From Tagaea sp. (GTDB lineage Bacteria > Pseudomonadota > Alphaproteobacteria > CACIAM-22H2), in contig CBDIIB010000002.1 in assembly GCA_965279525.1 (NCBI GenBank), forward strand, positions 224,001 through 288,000: 64,000 nucleotides of DNA, in the 5' to 3' direction. Within the stretch, counting starts at the first letter, position 1, and each line of letters starts with the position of its first letter. The translations under genes and the position numbers were made by a program. The notes under the pieces were generated by a model. It saw only the letters and a program-made list of their open reading frames with translations, was not told where the DNA came from and did no database searches. Positions 51,201 to 60,764 of the stretch are shown one piece after another.

Positions 51201-51748
51201 GCTATTCCGAGGGCGACAGCGTCGTGCTTGTCGACGAGGGCGGCACGAAGGAAGTGGCGCGCTTCGCCTTTCCGCGACAGGGGCGCGAGGGCGGCCTTTG
51301 CATCGCCGACTTCTTCCGCGACCGCACGGCCAACGAGCTCGACGTGATCGGCCTGCAGGTCGTCACGGTCGGCCAGCGCGCGTCCGACGTGGCGCGCGAA
51401 TGGTTCGCCGAGAACCGCTACCAGGACTATCTCTATCTGCACGGGTTGGGCGTGGAACTGGCCGAAGCGCTGGCCGAATACGTCCACAAGCGTATCCGTG
51501 CGGAACTCGGCTTTGCCGGCGAGGACGATCGCGACATCGACAAGATGCTGCAGCAGGGCTATCGCGGCTCGCGCTACTCGTTCGGCTATCCGGCGTGCCC
51601 GAACCTCGCCGACCAGGAGCAGATACTGAAGCTGCTCGAAGCACCGAAGATCGGCATCTCGCTGTCCGACGAATGGCAGCTCCATCCCGAGCAGAGCACG
51701 TCGGCCATCGTGCTCCACCATCCGCAGGCGAAGTACTTCAGCGTGTGA
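48245..51748 (+). CDS. metH: Cobalamin-dependent methionine synthase
   Basis: GLNCATGP, GGCCGT, DVHDIGKN B12 motif, RYSFGYPACP. Confidence 0.97.
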   Translation: MRPHLLDTLKDRVLLCDGGTGSRVQAMTLDVERDYWGKENCTEVLVLSRPDLVRSIARSYLEAGSDIVQTNTFGGSPITLDEFDLGDKTHEINKLAVEYAREEAEAFAKKDGNPRFVLGSIGPGTKLPTLGHIDYQSLEDALYVQARGLVDGGCDGILIETCQDPLQIKAAINGSKRARLEYGRDVPLMVQVTVETTGTLLVGADIAAAATVIHAMDVHSIGLNCATGPQEMAEHVKWIAENWTGTITVQPNAGLPELVDGKTHYPLAPDAMAKWIERFVAEDGINIVGGCCGTDIGHIAALDAMLRRRADGGRHRPAPKARKSVWVPSVASLYHQVPLRQENAYFSIGERCNANGSRAWRKFQEEGNWEGCLDMAREQVREGSNALDICTAFVGRDEVKEMGEVVSRFRGSVTAPLVVDSTELIVLESALKLYGGKAILNSINFEDGEEPAEKRMELARRFGTAVIALTIDETGMAKDMKTKLAIAHRLRDFACGRFGLPESDLMIDPLTFTVATGSEDDRRLAVETLDGIEAIARELPACQIVLGLSNVSFGLNPPARHVLNSVFLDHAVKRGMTGAIVHHSKIMPLHKIPEEETKVAEDLIYDRRREGYDPLQAFIALFENRKGEAKVARKRHEAVEDRLKQRIVDGDKPGLEDDLALAMQSHKPLDIINTFLLDGMKVVGELFGSGKMQLPFVLQSAETMKAAVAYLEKFMERVEGQQKGTIVLATVKGDVHDIGKNLVDIILTNNGYKVVNLGIKQPIANIVSAAKTHKADCIGMSGLLVKSTVVMRENLEEMTREGLDVPVLLGGAALTRKYVEEDCVAAYGAGRVAYASDAFDGLDLMDKVVTHQIDGHLKTIQTKRAGRPSNTTRKLGEAADARPMRPVDVEELKLRRAELAAKAPIPAPPFWGPRTLDHVPVKTLIPYLNERMLYQFQWGFRKAGKSLEEYKAWAALELKPILKRMLDLVEADAILKPQAVYGYWRCYSEGDSVVLVDEGGTKEVARFAFPRQGREGGLCIADFFRDRTANELDVIGLQVVTVGQRASDVAREWFAENRYQDYLYLHGLGVELAEALAEYVHKRIRAELGFAGEDDRDIDKMLQQGYRGSRYSFGYPACPNLADQEQILKLLEAPKIGISLSDEWQLHPEQSTSAIVLHHPQAKYFSV

Positions 51749-52688
51749 CGCGTGCCCGCCTGTAGAGCGGCCCGAGCAGGGCCGGGATCATGTAGATCGG
51801 GAACTGCAGGCAGGTGAAGAACAGGAAAAGATCGGACTGCGTGGGCACGCCCATGGCGCCGATCAGCAGCGCGAAGTTGCGGTTGCCGGCGGCAAGCGAC
51901 GCGGCCAGCGTCTGTCCGCGCGTCAGGCCGGACAGGCGTTCGAGCGGGACCAGCAGCAATGCGGCAAGTCCCTGCAGGCCGAAATTGGTCGCGAACGCGG
52001 CTGCCATGTAGAGGGCGACCTGCGACGGTGTTTCGCGCAGCCGGTCGGCCAGCCCGTCGACGGCACCGAAGCCGAACAGCACGAGCACCAGCACGCCGAT
52101 CCCGCCGATCGCCCCGTCGTAGCGGCGCACGGCCGCTTCGCCCAGCATCCGGCGGACGAGCCATGCGGCGGCGAAGGCGCCGCCGACCAAGGCGGCAAGC
52201 CGCATCATCAGGGCGCCGGCACCGATCTCGATGTCGATGCCGAGAAGCCAGGCCGCCAGCGGCGGCTGCACGACCGGCAGGGCCAGGCACGTCGCGACGA
52301 GCAGGACCAGCGCCAGCCGCGCGTCGAGGCCCAGCATCAACGCATATGCCGTGACCGACACGAGCATCGGCGCGGTCGCGAACAGCGGAATGGCGATGCG
52401 CAGCGCCTCGGGCAGCGGGACGAGCGACACCACCCATGCCGTCAGCACCGGCATCGCGACCATCAGCAGGAATGTCAGCAGCACGACCGGCAGGGGCCGG
52501 CGCAGCGGCTCGGCCAGCCGCGTCCAGTCCATCCGCAGGATCGCCGAAGCAAGCAGGAACGTGACGGCGGGGACGAGGACGGGCCGCGCCATGGCGGCAA
52601 GATCGGGAAGCGCTATGCCGACGAACAGGCAGAGCGCCAGGACCGTTGAGGCACGCGCGTTGAGGAATTCGAGGAAGCGGACCGGCAT
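51738..52688 (-). CDS. Bile acid:Na+ symporter-like membrane protein
   Basis: About 10 TM helices, GNRN.ALL, QFPIY..P. Confidence 0.7.
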   Translation of the reverse strand: MPVRFLEFLNARASTVLALCLFVGIALPDLAAMARPVLVPAVTFLLASAILRMDWTRLAEPLRRPLPVVLLTFLLMVAMPVLTAWVVSLVPLPEALRIAIPLFATAPMLVSVTAYALMLGLDARLALVLLVATCLALPVVQPPLAAWLLGIDIEIGAGALMMRLAALVGGAFAAAWLVRRMLGEAAVRRYDGAIGGIGVLVLVLFGFGAVDGLADRLRETPSQVALYMAAAFATNFGLQGLAALLLVPLERLSGLTRGQTLAASLAAGNRNFALLIGAMGVPTQSDLFLFFTCLQFPIYMIPALLGPLYRRARVTR

Positions 52689-52751
52689 CGCCGGCCGACG
52701 ATAGCATGCCGATGTTGCGCGTGCCGTGGGTTGCGCTAGGGTGCGCGCCGC

Positions 52752-53267
52752 ATGATCGACGCTTCGAAATTTCCCGCCCCGTTCGACCGCCATGTCGAGC
52801 CCGTGCGGCCCGAATGGATCGACTATAACGGCCACATGAACGTCGCCTATTACGTGCTCGCGTTCGACAACGCGACCGACACGTTCTTCGAGGCGATGGA
52901 TTTCGGCGAGGCTTGGCGCCGCCGGTCGGGCCGGTCGTTCTTCGCGGTCGAAGGGCATATCCGCTATCTGGGCGAACTCCGGCCCGGCGAGCAGCTGGCG
53001 GTCGAGACCGTGCTGCTCGCGGCCGACGCCAAGCGCATCCACTATTTCCACACGATGCGCAACGCGGCGACCGGCACGATCGCCGCGACGGTCGAGTTCC
53101 TGTCGCTGCATGTCGACATGGCCGGGCGCCGGTCGGTGCCGTTCGCACCCGAAGACCGGGTGCGAATCGACGGATTTGCCCGCGCACACGCCGGTCTGGC
53201 CCGTCCCGAGGCCGCCGGGCGCCAGGTTTCAATGCCGCCCTTGCGCGGAGACGGGGCGAACGGCTAG
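52752..53267 (+). CDS. Hotdog-fold thioesterase
   Basis: WIDYNGHMNVA.Y...FD motif. Confidence 0.88.
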   Translation: MIDASKFPAPFDRHVEPVRPEWIDYNGHMNVAYYVLAFDNATDTFFEAMDFGEAWRRRSGRSFFAVEGHIRYLGELRPGEQLAVETVLLAADAKRIHYFHTMRNAATGTIAATVEFLSLHVDMAGRRSVPFAPEDRVRIDGFARAHAGLARPEAAGRQVSMPPLRGDGANG

Positions 53268-53299
53268 GAATTCAGGGTCCGTTTCCCGGGGGCTACCGC

Positions 53300-53482
53300 A
53301 TGATCGACCAGACCACGACACTCGAACCATCGGCGCAGGTCCGCGCGCGCGCCGTCACGGCCGCCCTCGTCGCGATGGCGTTCGGCGCCTTCGTCGTCGC
53401 GGCCGTCGGCTTTGCCGGTGCGATGGAAATCCACAATGCGGCGCACGATTCGCGCCACAGCTTCGCTTTCCCCTGCCACTGA
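53300..53482 (+). CDS. cbtB: Predicted cobalt transporter subunit CbtB
   Basis: One TM and the HNAAHD.RHS.AFPCH signature. Confidence 0.9.
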   Translation: MIDQTTTLEPSAQVRARAVTAALVAMAFGAFVVAAVGFAGAMEIHNAAHDSRHSFAFPCH

Positions 53483-53497
53483 GCGGGAGGCCCTGAA

Positions 53498-54196
53498 ATG
53501 GTTTCGCGTCTCCTCTGGGTCGGCCTGCTGGCCGGTCTCGTTGCCGGCCTTCTCGCCGCGGCCGTGCAGTCCGTCGGCGTCTGGCCGCTGATCGCGCAGG
53601 CCGAGACGTTCGAAGTTCTCGAAGCCGCCGCCGAAGAAGAAGCCTGGTCGCCCGAGGGCATGGCGCGTGCCGGCTGGTCGGTCGTCTTCAACATCCTTGC
53701 CGGTGTGGGTTTCGGCCTGTTGGCAAACGGCGCCCTGCTGATCCTGCGCAGCGTGCGCGCCACGCGGCTCGACTGGCGCGTCGGCGCACTGGTCGGCCTG
53801 TTCGGCTTCCTGACATTCTCGTTCGCACCGGCGATGGGGCTCGCGCCGGCGCTGCCCGGCATGGCCGAAGGCGACATCTTCGCCCGCCAGGTCTGGTGGC
53901 TGGCCACGGCGGCGGCGACGCTGAGCGGGATCGTGCTTGCCGTGCTCGGCCGGCGCACGACCGACTGGCTCCTCGGCGTGGCGCTGGTCGCGGCCCCCCA
54001 CCTGTTCGGCGCACCCGGCGAAGCGCATGGCCTGATCGGCCTGCTCGCGCAGTCGGGCACGCTGGGCGAAGGCGGGCTGCCGGCAGCCCTTGCCCAGCAG
54101 TTCGCGCTTGCCTCGCTGGGTGCCGCGGCCGCGTTCTGGATCGTGCTGGGTCTCGCGTCGGCCTGGCTGCAGCGCCGGTTCATCAGCCTCGTCTGA
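53498..54196 (+). CDS. cbtA: Predicted cobalt transporter subunit CbtA
   Basis: PLI.QAE.FE, P.LPG, RQ.WW, PH..GAP. Confidence 0.88.
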   Translation: MVSRLLWVGLLAGLVAGLLAAAVQSVGVWPLIAQAETFEVLEAAAEEEAWSPEGMARAGWSVVFNILAGVGFGLLANGALLILRSVRATRLDWRVGALVGLFGFLTFSFAPAMGLAPALPGMAEGDIFARQVWWLATAAATLSGIVLAVLGRRTTDWLLGVALVAAPHLFGAPGEAHGLIGLLAQSGTLGEGGLPAALAQQFALASLGAAAAFWIVLGLASAWLQRRFISLV

Positions 54197-54205
54197 CCGG
54201 ACGTT

Positions 54206-55198
54206 CTAAAGCGACGACCTGAGCTTCAAATGCGTCCGCCGGTCGGCGGACGGCACGGCCATCTTCTTGACGTTGCCGTCCTGCAGCAGGTCGAATTCCA
54301 GCGTCGTGCCGGCCGGCCCTTGCGCCCATAGCGCGCGGAACAGCTCGTCGAGCGTGTCGGGCTGCGCGCCCTTGACCGAGACGACCACGTCGCCGCGCTT
54401 GATGCCCGCCTTCTCGGCCGGGCTTTCGGGCGTCACGCGCACGACGAACAGCCGGCCACGAACCGCTTCGACCGTCATGCCCAGCCACGGGCGCACCGGT
54501 CCGGACGATTTTCCGTCGTCGATCAGGTCGGCGAGGATCGGGGCGAGCATGTCGATCGGCACGAAGACGTTGCCCGGCAGCGGCGTTTCGCCGCCACCCG
54601 CGTTGTTGACGATCAGGGAACCGACACCGACCAGCTTGCCGTCGGTGTCGAGAAGGGCGGCCCCGCTCCACGCCGGATGCGGCGGGCTCGTCCAGATCGC
54701 CTGTTCGAGCATGTACTCCCAGTTGCCGGCGAAAGTGCGCCTGGACACGACGAAGGCCGGGGTGGCGGCTTCCGCACCGCCGAAGGCCGCAATCACGACC
54801 GGATCGCGCGCCTTGACGTCGGACGACCGGCCCAGGGCGAGCGGCTTCACGCCGCGCGGCGCTTCGGCCGCGCGCATCAGGCCAAGGCCAGTGTCATGGT
54901 CGTAGCCGACCACCTGGGCCAGCACCGTGCGGCCATCGGGGAAGCGCACCTCGCCGCCCGACGCCTCGACCATCAGGTAGCCGATGGTCAACAGCAGACC
55001 CGTCCCGTCGATCAGGATGGCCGTGCCCTCGCGTTCGCGCCCGAGCGTGGCGGCCGTGCGCGCTTCGGCCGGCACGAAGGTCTTGAGGCGCATGACCGCA
55101 CCGAACGTGCCGTCGAGCGTGGATGTCTGGGCCAAGGCCGGGAACGGCACCATAAGGAGTGCGAACAGGACGGCGAGCGGACGCAGGGCGAAGCGCAT
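54206..55198 (-). CDS. Exported trypsin-like (S1C) + PDZ protein with a degenerate active site
   Basis: Signal peptide, LLTIGYL, YD..TG, WSGAALL...GKLVGVGS, PWLG...SPA.KAGI..GD PDZ. Confidence 0.82.
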   Translation of the reverse strand: MRFALRPLAVLFALLMVPFPALAQTSTLDGTFGAVMRLKTFVPAEARTAATLGREREGTAILIDGTGLLLTIGYLMVEASGGEVRFPDGRTVLAQVVGYDHDTGLGLMRAAEAPRGVKPLALGRSSDVKARDPVVIAAFGGAEAATPAFVVSRRTFAGNWEYMLEQAIWTSPPHPAWSGAALLDTDGKLVGVGSLIVNNAGGGETPLPGNVFVPIDMLAPILADLIDDGKSSGPVRPWLGMTVEAVRGRLFVVRVTPESPAEKAGIKRGDVVVSVKGAQPDTLDELFRALWAQGPAGTTLEFDLLQDGNVKKMAVPSADRRTHLKLRSSL

Positions 55199-55311
55199 GT
55201 CGGCCTCCCGGATCGGCATCGCGGGGCCGGGTCGGCCCCGCCTGCGATGACATGCATTGTCCATGCCCGGGCGGGTTTCGCCAAGGGCCTTGCATGCTAT
55301 ACAGCGCGCGG

Positions 55312-57516
55312 ATGGAGACCTTGCCCGAATCGGCCGCGCTGCCGGCCTATCTTCGCAACCTCAATCCGCCGCAGCTGGATGCCGTCACCTCGACCGAGGG
55401 ACCGCTCCTGGTGCTGGCGGGGGCGGGGACGGGCAAGACGCGCGTGCTGATCACGCGCGTGTGCCATTTGATGGTCACGCGCAAGGCCTTCGCCAACCAG
55501 ATCCTCGCCGTCACCTTCACCAACAAGGCGGCGGCCGAGATGCGCAGCCGCATCGCCGCCATCGTCGGCGATTCCGTCGAGGCGATGTGGCTGGGCACGT
55601 TCCATTCGCTCGCGGCCCGCATCCTGCGCCGGCACGCCGAGCATGTGGGCCTCAAGCCCAACTTCACGATCCTCGACCAGGACGACCAGATCCGGCTGAT
55701 CAAGCAGCTGCTTGCGGCCGAGAACATCGACGACAAGAAATGGCCAGCGCGCGTCGTGCATTCGGTTATCGAGCGCTGGAAGGACCGCGGCCTGACGCCC
55801 GACAAGGTCGGCACCGATCCGTCGGCCGAGGTCGCGGGCGGGCGTGCCGTCGAGCTCTACGCGATGTACCAGGCGCGGCTCCAGACGCTCAACGCGTGCG
55901 ATTTCGGCGATCTGCTGCTGCACAACCTGACGCTCTTCCAGTCGCGTCCCGACGTGCTGGCCGAGTACCACAAGCGCTTCCGCTACATGTTGGTCGACGA
56001 ATACCAGGACACCAACGTTTCCCAGTACATGTGGCTGCGCATCCTCGCCCAGCAGTCGCGCAACCTTTGCTGCGTGGGCGACGACGACCAGTCGATCTAT
56101 GGCTGGCGCGGGGCCGAGGTCGGCAACATCCTGCGCTTCGAGAAGGATTTCCCCGGCGCCAAGATCGTGCGCCTCGAACAGAACTACCGCTCCAGCGAGC
56201 ATATCCTGGCCGCGGCCTCCGGCCTCATCGCGCACAACCGCGCGCGGCTGGGCAAGACGCTGTGGACGGCCGAGGCGGGCGGCGAGCGCGTGACGGTGCG
56301 GCCCGTCTGGGACGGCGAGCAGGAGGCGAACTTCGTCGCCGACGAGATCGAGACCCTCCAGCGTGCGGGCGAGAAGCTCGGCGACATCGCCATCCTCGTG
56401 CGCGCGGGGTTCCAGACGCGCGAGTTCGAGGAACGCTTCATCACGCTTGGGCATCCCCTACCGGGTGATCGGCGGCCCGCGTTTCTACGAGCGCGAGGAG
56501 ATCCGCGACGCGATCGCCTATTTCCGCGTCATCGTGCAGCCCGAGGACGATCTCGCCTTCGAGCGCATCATCAACAAGCCGCGCCGCGGCATCGGCGACA
56601 CGACGGTCCAGCTCCTCCAGCGGCTTGCCCGCGCGCGCCGCCATGCCGCTGCTGGCCGCCGCCGAAGACGCTCGTGACGACGGACGAGCTCAAGCCCGCC
56701 GCGCGCAACGCGGTGCGCCGCGTGGTCGAGGATTTCGCGCGCTGGCGCGCGCAGGTCGAGCGCGCGCACCATGCCGAGCTTGCCGCGACGGTGCTCGACG
56801 AGAGCGGCTATACGCGCATGTGGCAGATGGACAAGTCGCCCGAGAAGGAAGGCAAGCTCGAGAATCTCAAGGAACTCGTCGCCGCACTCGAGGAATACGA
56901 CGACCTGCCCGCATTCCTCGAGCATGTCAGCCTCGTGATGGAAAACGCGGAAGCCGCACCTTCGGACATGACCAGCCTGATGACGCTGCATGCCGCCAAG
57001 GGCCTCGAATTCGGCACGGTGTTCCTGCCGGGCTGGGAGGAAGGGCTGTTCCCCCATCCGCGCGCGCTCGACGAGAAGGGCGAGGGCGGGCTGGAAGAGG
57101 AGCGGCGGCTCGCGCATGTCGGCCTGACGCGCGCGCGCCGGCGCGCTTTCGTCACGTTCGCGGCCAACCGGCGCATCCACGGCATGTGGCAGTCGAGCGT
57201 GCCGTCAAGGTTTGTCGCCGAACTCCCGCCCGAGCGCGTCGACGTCAAGAGCGAGCCCGGCCTGTGGGGCGACGGGCCGCAATTCGCGGCCGAGCCGTCG
57301 CGCGGCTTCGGTTTCGGCAGCCGGCGTTCGCCGGTGATCGAGGGGCGTGCGACCGAGATCGGAGGGCGCAAGTCGGACCTCGCACCCGGCATGCGCGTGT
57401 TCCACCAGAAATTCGGCTATGGCCGCGTCGTCGCCGCCGAAAGCGGCAAGCTCGAAGTCGAGTTCGAGCACAGCGGCCTGAAGCACGTCATGGAAAGCTT
57501 CGTGGAGAAAGCATGA
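55312..57516 (+). CDS. uvrD: UvrD/PcrA SF1 DNA helicase; internal segment scrambled by three +1 insertions
   Basis: [47 protein letters not shown]-terminal Tudor-like H.KFG.G. Confidence 0.92.
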   Translation: METLPESAALPAYLRNLNPPQLDAVTSTEGPLLVLAGAGTGKTRVLITRVCHLMVTRKAFANQILAVTFTNKAAAEMRSRIAAIVGDSVEAMWLGTFHSLAARILRRHAEHVGLKPNFTILDQDDQIRLIKQLLAAENIDDKKWPARVVHSVIERWKDRGLTPDKVGTDPSAEVAGGRAVELYAMYQARLQTLNACDFGDLLLHNLTLFQSRPDVLAEYHKRFRYMLVDEYQDTNVSQYMWLRILAQQSRNLCCVGDDDQSIYGWRGAEVGNILRFEKDFPGAKIVRLEQNYRSSEHILAAASGLIAHNRARLGKTLWTAEAGGERVTVRPVWDGEQEANFVADEIETLQRAGEKLGDIAILVRAGFQTREFEERFITLGHPLPGDRRPAFLRARGDPRRDRLFPRHRAARGRSRLRAHHQQAAPRHRRHDGPAPPAACPRAPPCRCWPPPKTLVTTDELKPAARNAVRRVVEDFARWRAQVERAHHAELAATVLDESGYTRMWQMDKSPEKEGKLENLKELVAALEEYDDLPAFLEHVSLVMENAEAAPSDMTSLMTLHAAKGLEFGTVFLPGWEEGLFPHPRALDEKGEGGLEEERRLAHVGLTRARRRAFVTFAANRRIHGMWQSSVPSRFVAELPPERVDVKSEPGLWGDGPQFAAEPSRGFGFGSRRSPVIEGRATEIGGRKSDLAPGMRVFHQKFGYGRVVAAESGKLEVEFEHSGLKHVMESFVEKA

Positions 57517-58385
57517 GCACGATCTGGCGTCTCGTCTTCCAGGCCGACGCGGTCAGCCAGGCCGCCTATGTTCAGGCGATCGAGGAGGAGGCGGGAGCAC
57601 TCACCGCCTTCGAGACGTCGCCGAACGGGCCGTGGCTCGTCGAGGCGTTCTTCGATGCCAAGCCCGAGCTTGGCCGGCTGGCACCGATGATCTTCGCCGC
57701 CGCCAAGTCGCTCGGCCGGCCGGTGCCCGTTCTCGAGGTGCAGGAGATCCCCGAGCGCGATTGGCTGGCCGAGAACCGTGCCTCGTTTCCGCCACTGTCG
57801 ATCGGGCGGTTCTACGTTTATGGCAGCCATGTCGACCGTGCCGTGCCCGCCGGCTGCTGGCCCATCGCCCTCGACGCGTCGATCGCGTTCGGCTCGGGCG
57901 AGCACGCGACGACCAAGGGGTGCCTGACGGCCATCGGCACGTTGGCCCGGCGCCGGCGGTTCGCGCGCGTGCTCGATCTGGGGGCCGGCTCCGGAATCCT
58001 GTCGATCGGGGCGGCGCGCGCGAAGCCCTGTCGGGTGCTTGCCTCGGACATCGACGCGGACTCGGTCGGCCTCGCACGCCAGAACATGCGCGACAACGGG
58101 CTCGCGGACCGCGTGCGTGTCGTCCACTCGGCCGGGTTCGCGAAGCTGGGTGCGACGCGCGCGCGCTTCGATCTGGTGCTTGCCAACATCCTCGCCCGCC
58201 CGCTCACGCAGCTCGCGACTTCGCTTTCGCGCGCGGTGAAGCCCGGCGGCACGCTCGTGCTGTCGGGGCTGCTCGCCGACCAGGAAGCCTGGGTGAAGGG
58301 GGCCTATCTCGCCCGGCGCCTGGCGTTCCGCGGGCGCATCGCGACGGCCGGCTGGCACACTTTGGTGTTCCGCAAGCCGGCCTAG
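57513..58385 (+). CDS. prmA: Ribosomal protein L11 methyltransferase
   Basis: AFGSG.H.TT, LDLG.GSGIL, ANIL, LSGLL. Confidence 0.92.
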   Translation: MSTIWRLVFQADAVSQAAYVQAIEEEAGALTAFETSPNGPWLVEAFFDAKPELGRLAPMIFAAAKSLGRPVPVLEVQEIPERDWLAENRASFPPLSIGRFYVYGSHVDRAVPAGCWPIALDASIAFGSGEHATTKGCLTAIGTLARRRRFARVLDLGAGSGILSIGAARAKPCRVLASDIDADSVGLARQNMRDNGLADRVRVVHSAGFAKLGATRARFDLVLANILARPLTQLATSLSRAVKPGGTLVLSGLLADQEAWVKGAYLARRLAFRGRIATAGWHTLVFRKPA

Positions 58386-59089
58386 GACGCCGCCTCGTAC
58401 TGGTCGGGGGCGAGCAGCCGGTAGCCCACGCCGAGCTCCGTGACGATGTAGCGCGGGCGCGCGGCATCCGTCTCGATCTTGTTGCGCAGCTTGCGCATGA
58501 TGATGCGCAGGTAGTGCGAATCCTCCGCGTGGCCCGGGCCCCACACCTCGTTCAGCATCTGCTGGTGCGTCGCGACCTTGCCGGCGTGCCGGGCGAGGAA
58601 TTGCAGCAGCCGGTACTCCTTGGGCGAGAGTTTCACTTCCGTGTCCGCGACGAAGACCTGCCGGCGTGCCATGTCGATGGCGAGATCGCCGACCGCGAAG
58701 CGCGGTTGTACCGCTATTTCGGGAATACGGCGCAGGAGCGCGTTGACGCGCGCCACGAACTCGGCCGCGCCGAAGGGTTTCGTCATGTAGTCGTCGGCGC
58801 CGAGTTCCAGCGCCTTCACCTTGTCGGCCTCGCGGTCGCGCACCGACAGGATCAGCACCGGCACCCACGACCATTCGCGCAGCCGACGCAGAACTTCGAG
58901 CCCGTCCATGTCGCCGAGCTGCAGGTCGAGCACGATGATATCGGCACCCGACATCGGGGCCAGGCGCAACGCCTCGGCACCGCAATCCGCCTCGATCACC
59001 TCGAAGCCCTGGACCGAGAGCCCCGTTCGAAGGAAACGGCGGATCTGCAGTTCGTCGTCGACGACGAGAATCTTGCGCGACTTGGTCAT
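58382..59089 (-). CDS. OmpR-family response regulator, KdpE-like
   Basis: VDDE.QIRRFL, LDL, GADDY.TKPF, YLRI....LR.KIE. Confidence 0.9.
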   Translation of the reverse strand: MTKSRKILVVDDELQIRRFLRTGLSVQGFEVIEADCGAEALRLAPMSGADIIVLDLQLGDMDGLEVLRRLREWSWVPVLILSVRDREADKVKALELGADDYMTKPFGAAEFVARVNALLRRIPEIAVQPRFAVGDLAIDMARRQVFVADTEVKLSPKEYRLLQFLARHAGKVATHQQMLNEVWGPGHAEDSHYLRIIMRKLRNKIETDAARPRYIVTELGVGYRLLAPDQYEAAS

Positions 59090-60594
59090 GCGGCTTCGTC
59101 TTCGTCCGCGTAGACGCGTGACTTCGCGACCGGCAGGCGGATGCGCACGACCGTGCCCTGGCCCGGACCAGCGCTTGTCGCTTCGATCGTCCCGCCGCAA
59201 GCCTCGACGAAGGCGCGGCTGATCGCAAGCCCGAGGCCGCTGCCGTGCGGTTCGCCCTGCCCGTCGAACGCGCGGTAGAACCGGTCGAAGATGTGGCGGC
59301 CCTGGTCGGCGGTGAATCCGCGCCCGTGGTCGCGCACGAAGAGTTCGACGCGGTCTGGCGTGTCGGCTGCCGCTCCCACCTCGATCGTCGAGCCGGCGGG
59401 CGCGTACTTGGCGGCGTTTTCCACGATGTTGGCCAGCGCCTGCTCGAGGAGGACGGCATCGGCGCTCGGCATCGCGAGGTCGGCCGGCAGGCTTACCTCG
59501 ACGCGATGGCGTTCGAGCGTGCGGCGGTTCTGGCGCAACGCCACGTCGACGATGTCGACGAGATCCACTGGCTCGATGACGGGCTGCAGGCGCCCCGCGC
59601 GGATGCGCGTCAGGTCGAACATGCGCGCGATGAGCCGGTCGAGACGCGTCGCCTCCTCGCGGATGGTCGCCTTGAGGTCGGCGCGGTCTTTGGGCGAACA
59701 GAGGTCACCGTATCGTTCGAGCGTCGTCGCCGAACCCAGGATGGCGGCCAGAGGCGTGCGCAGGTCGTGCGAGATCGAGCTCAAGATCGCCTCGCGCAGC
59801 GTTTCGGCACGCTGGTCGACGCGGATTTCGTCGATACGCGAGGCAAGGTCGGAGCGGACAAGTACGTTCGCGACGAAGGCGAGAAGCGCATCGACGAACA
59901 ATGGCTCGATCTCCGCCAGGAACCCTTCCGATCCGATCGCGATCAGTCCGGATGGTTCATTGCCATGGCCGATCGCGCGCAGGCACCAGCCTTCGACCTG
60001 GCGCGTGCGTACCGTGCGGCCGGTCTGTTTCCATTCGTCCCACATCGCCGTCGCTGCGGCGAGCTGTGCCTGCCCTGGTGCGTCGCCGCCCGTGACCGCG
60101 ACCTCGGCGAGTGCCGATCCGACCGGCCGGTAGAGGCAGACCGGAGCCCGCGCGAGTCCGTGGATCTCGCGCACGACGAGCTGCGGCAACTCGGCGTAAT
60201 CGACAACCGTCGCGACGCGCCGGCTGAAATCATAGAGCTGGCGCATGCGCGCCTCGCGCTGCCTGGCGCTGTCCGCAGAATGGCGTGCCCAGTCGGCGAC
60301 ACCGCCCACCACCGTCGCGACAAGCGCGAAGACGACGATGTCGAGCGCATGTTCAGGCTCTTCGACGCCGAAGTCGTAGATCGGCGGATAGTGGAAAAAC
60401 CGGACCACCGCGACCGCAAGCGTGACCGCGAAGAGCGCGTGAAGTGGCCCCCACAGCAGTGCCGAAAGAAGCACCGAGGGCACGAACAGAAGCGAGATCG
60501 TCGCGACCGACGCGCTCTGCAGCAGCACGTGCGCGGCGACCGCCGAGAACAGCACCATCGCGGCCGTGAGAGCCATCGGCTTGATGTTTTCCAT
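59086..60594 (-). CDS. KdpD-like histidine kinase lacking the N-terminal KdpD/Usp domains
   Basis: 4-TM DUF4118-like domain, GAF-like region, SISHDLRTPL, ENAAKY, GSGLGL. Confidence 0.88.
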   Translation of the reverse strand: MENIKPMALTAAMVLFSAVAAHVLLQSASVATISLLFVPSVLLSALLWGPLHALFAVTLAVAVVRFFHYPPIYDFGVEEPEHALDIVVFALVATVVGGVADWARHSADSARQREARMRQLYDFSRRVATVVDYAELPQLVVREIHGLARAPVCLYRPVGSALAEVAVTGGDAPGQAQLAAATAMWDEWKQTGRTVRTRQVEGWCLRAIGHGNEPSGLIAIGSEGFLAEIEPLFVDALLAFVANVLVRSDLASRIDEIRVDQRAETLREAILSSISHDLRTPLAAILGSATTLERYGDLCSPKDRADLKATIREEATRLDRLIARMFDLTRIRAGRLQPVIEPVDLVDIVDVALRQNRRTLERHRVEVSLPADLAMPSADAVLLEQALANIVENAAKYAPAGSTIEVGAAADTPDRVELFVRDHGRGFTADQGRHIFDRFYRAFDGQGEPHGSGLGLAISRAFVEACGGTIEATSAGPGQGTVVRIRLPVAKSRVYADEDEAA

Positions 60595-60764
60595 CCGGCT
60601 CCCGCTCGAATGTTTACGGAAAAGTTATACGACGACCGCATTTCGTGTCGTTGCAATTTTACGCGCATCCAGAGTCTTGTCCACCTGAACGGTAGGCTTT
60701 CGAATGCGTGCCGAGCGAAGAATATCCAATGGCATCACCGGATATGGAAAGGGAGTTCTTGCGA

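Noticed and set aside
48197-51721. Very long antisense or alternate-frame ORFs (for example 1174 aa opposite metH, 34222-36633, 30281-32461, 37241-40174)
   Set aside because: These are shadow ORFs expected from high GC and codon bias. They are Arg/Ala/Gly-rich, lack motifs and overlap clearly identified genes.
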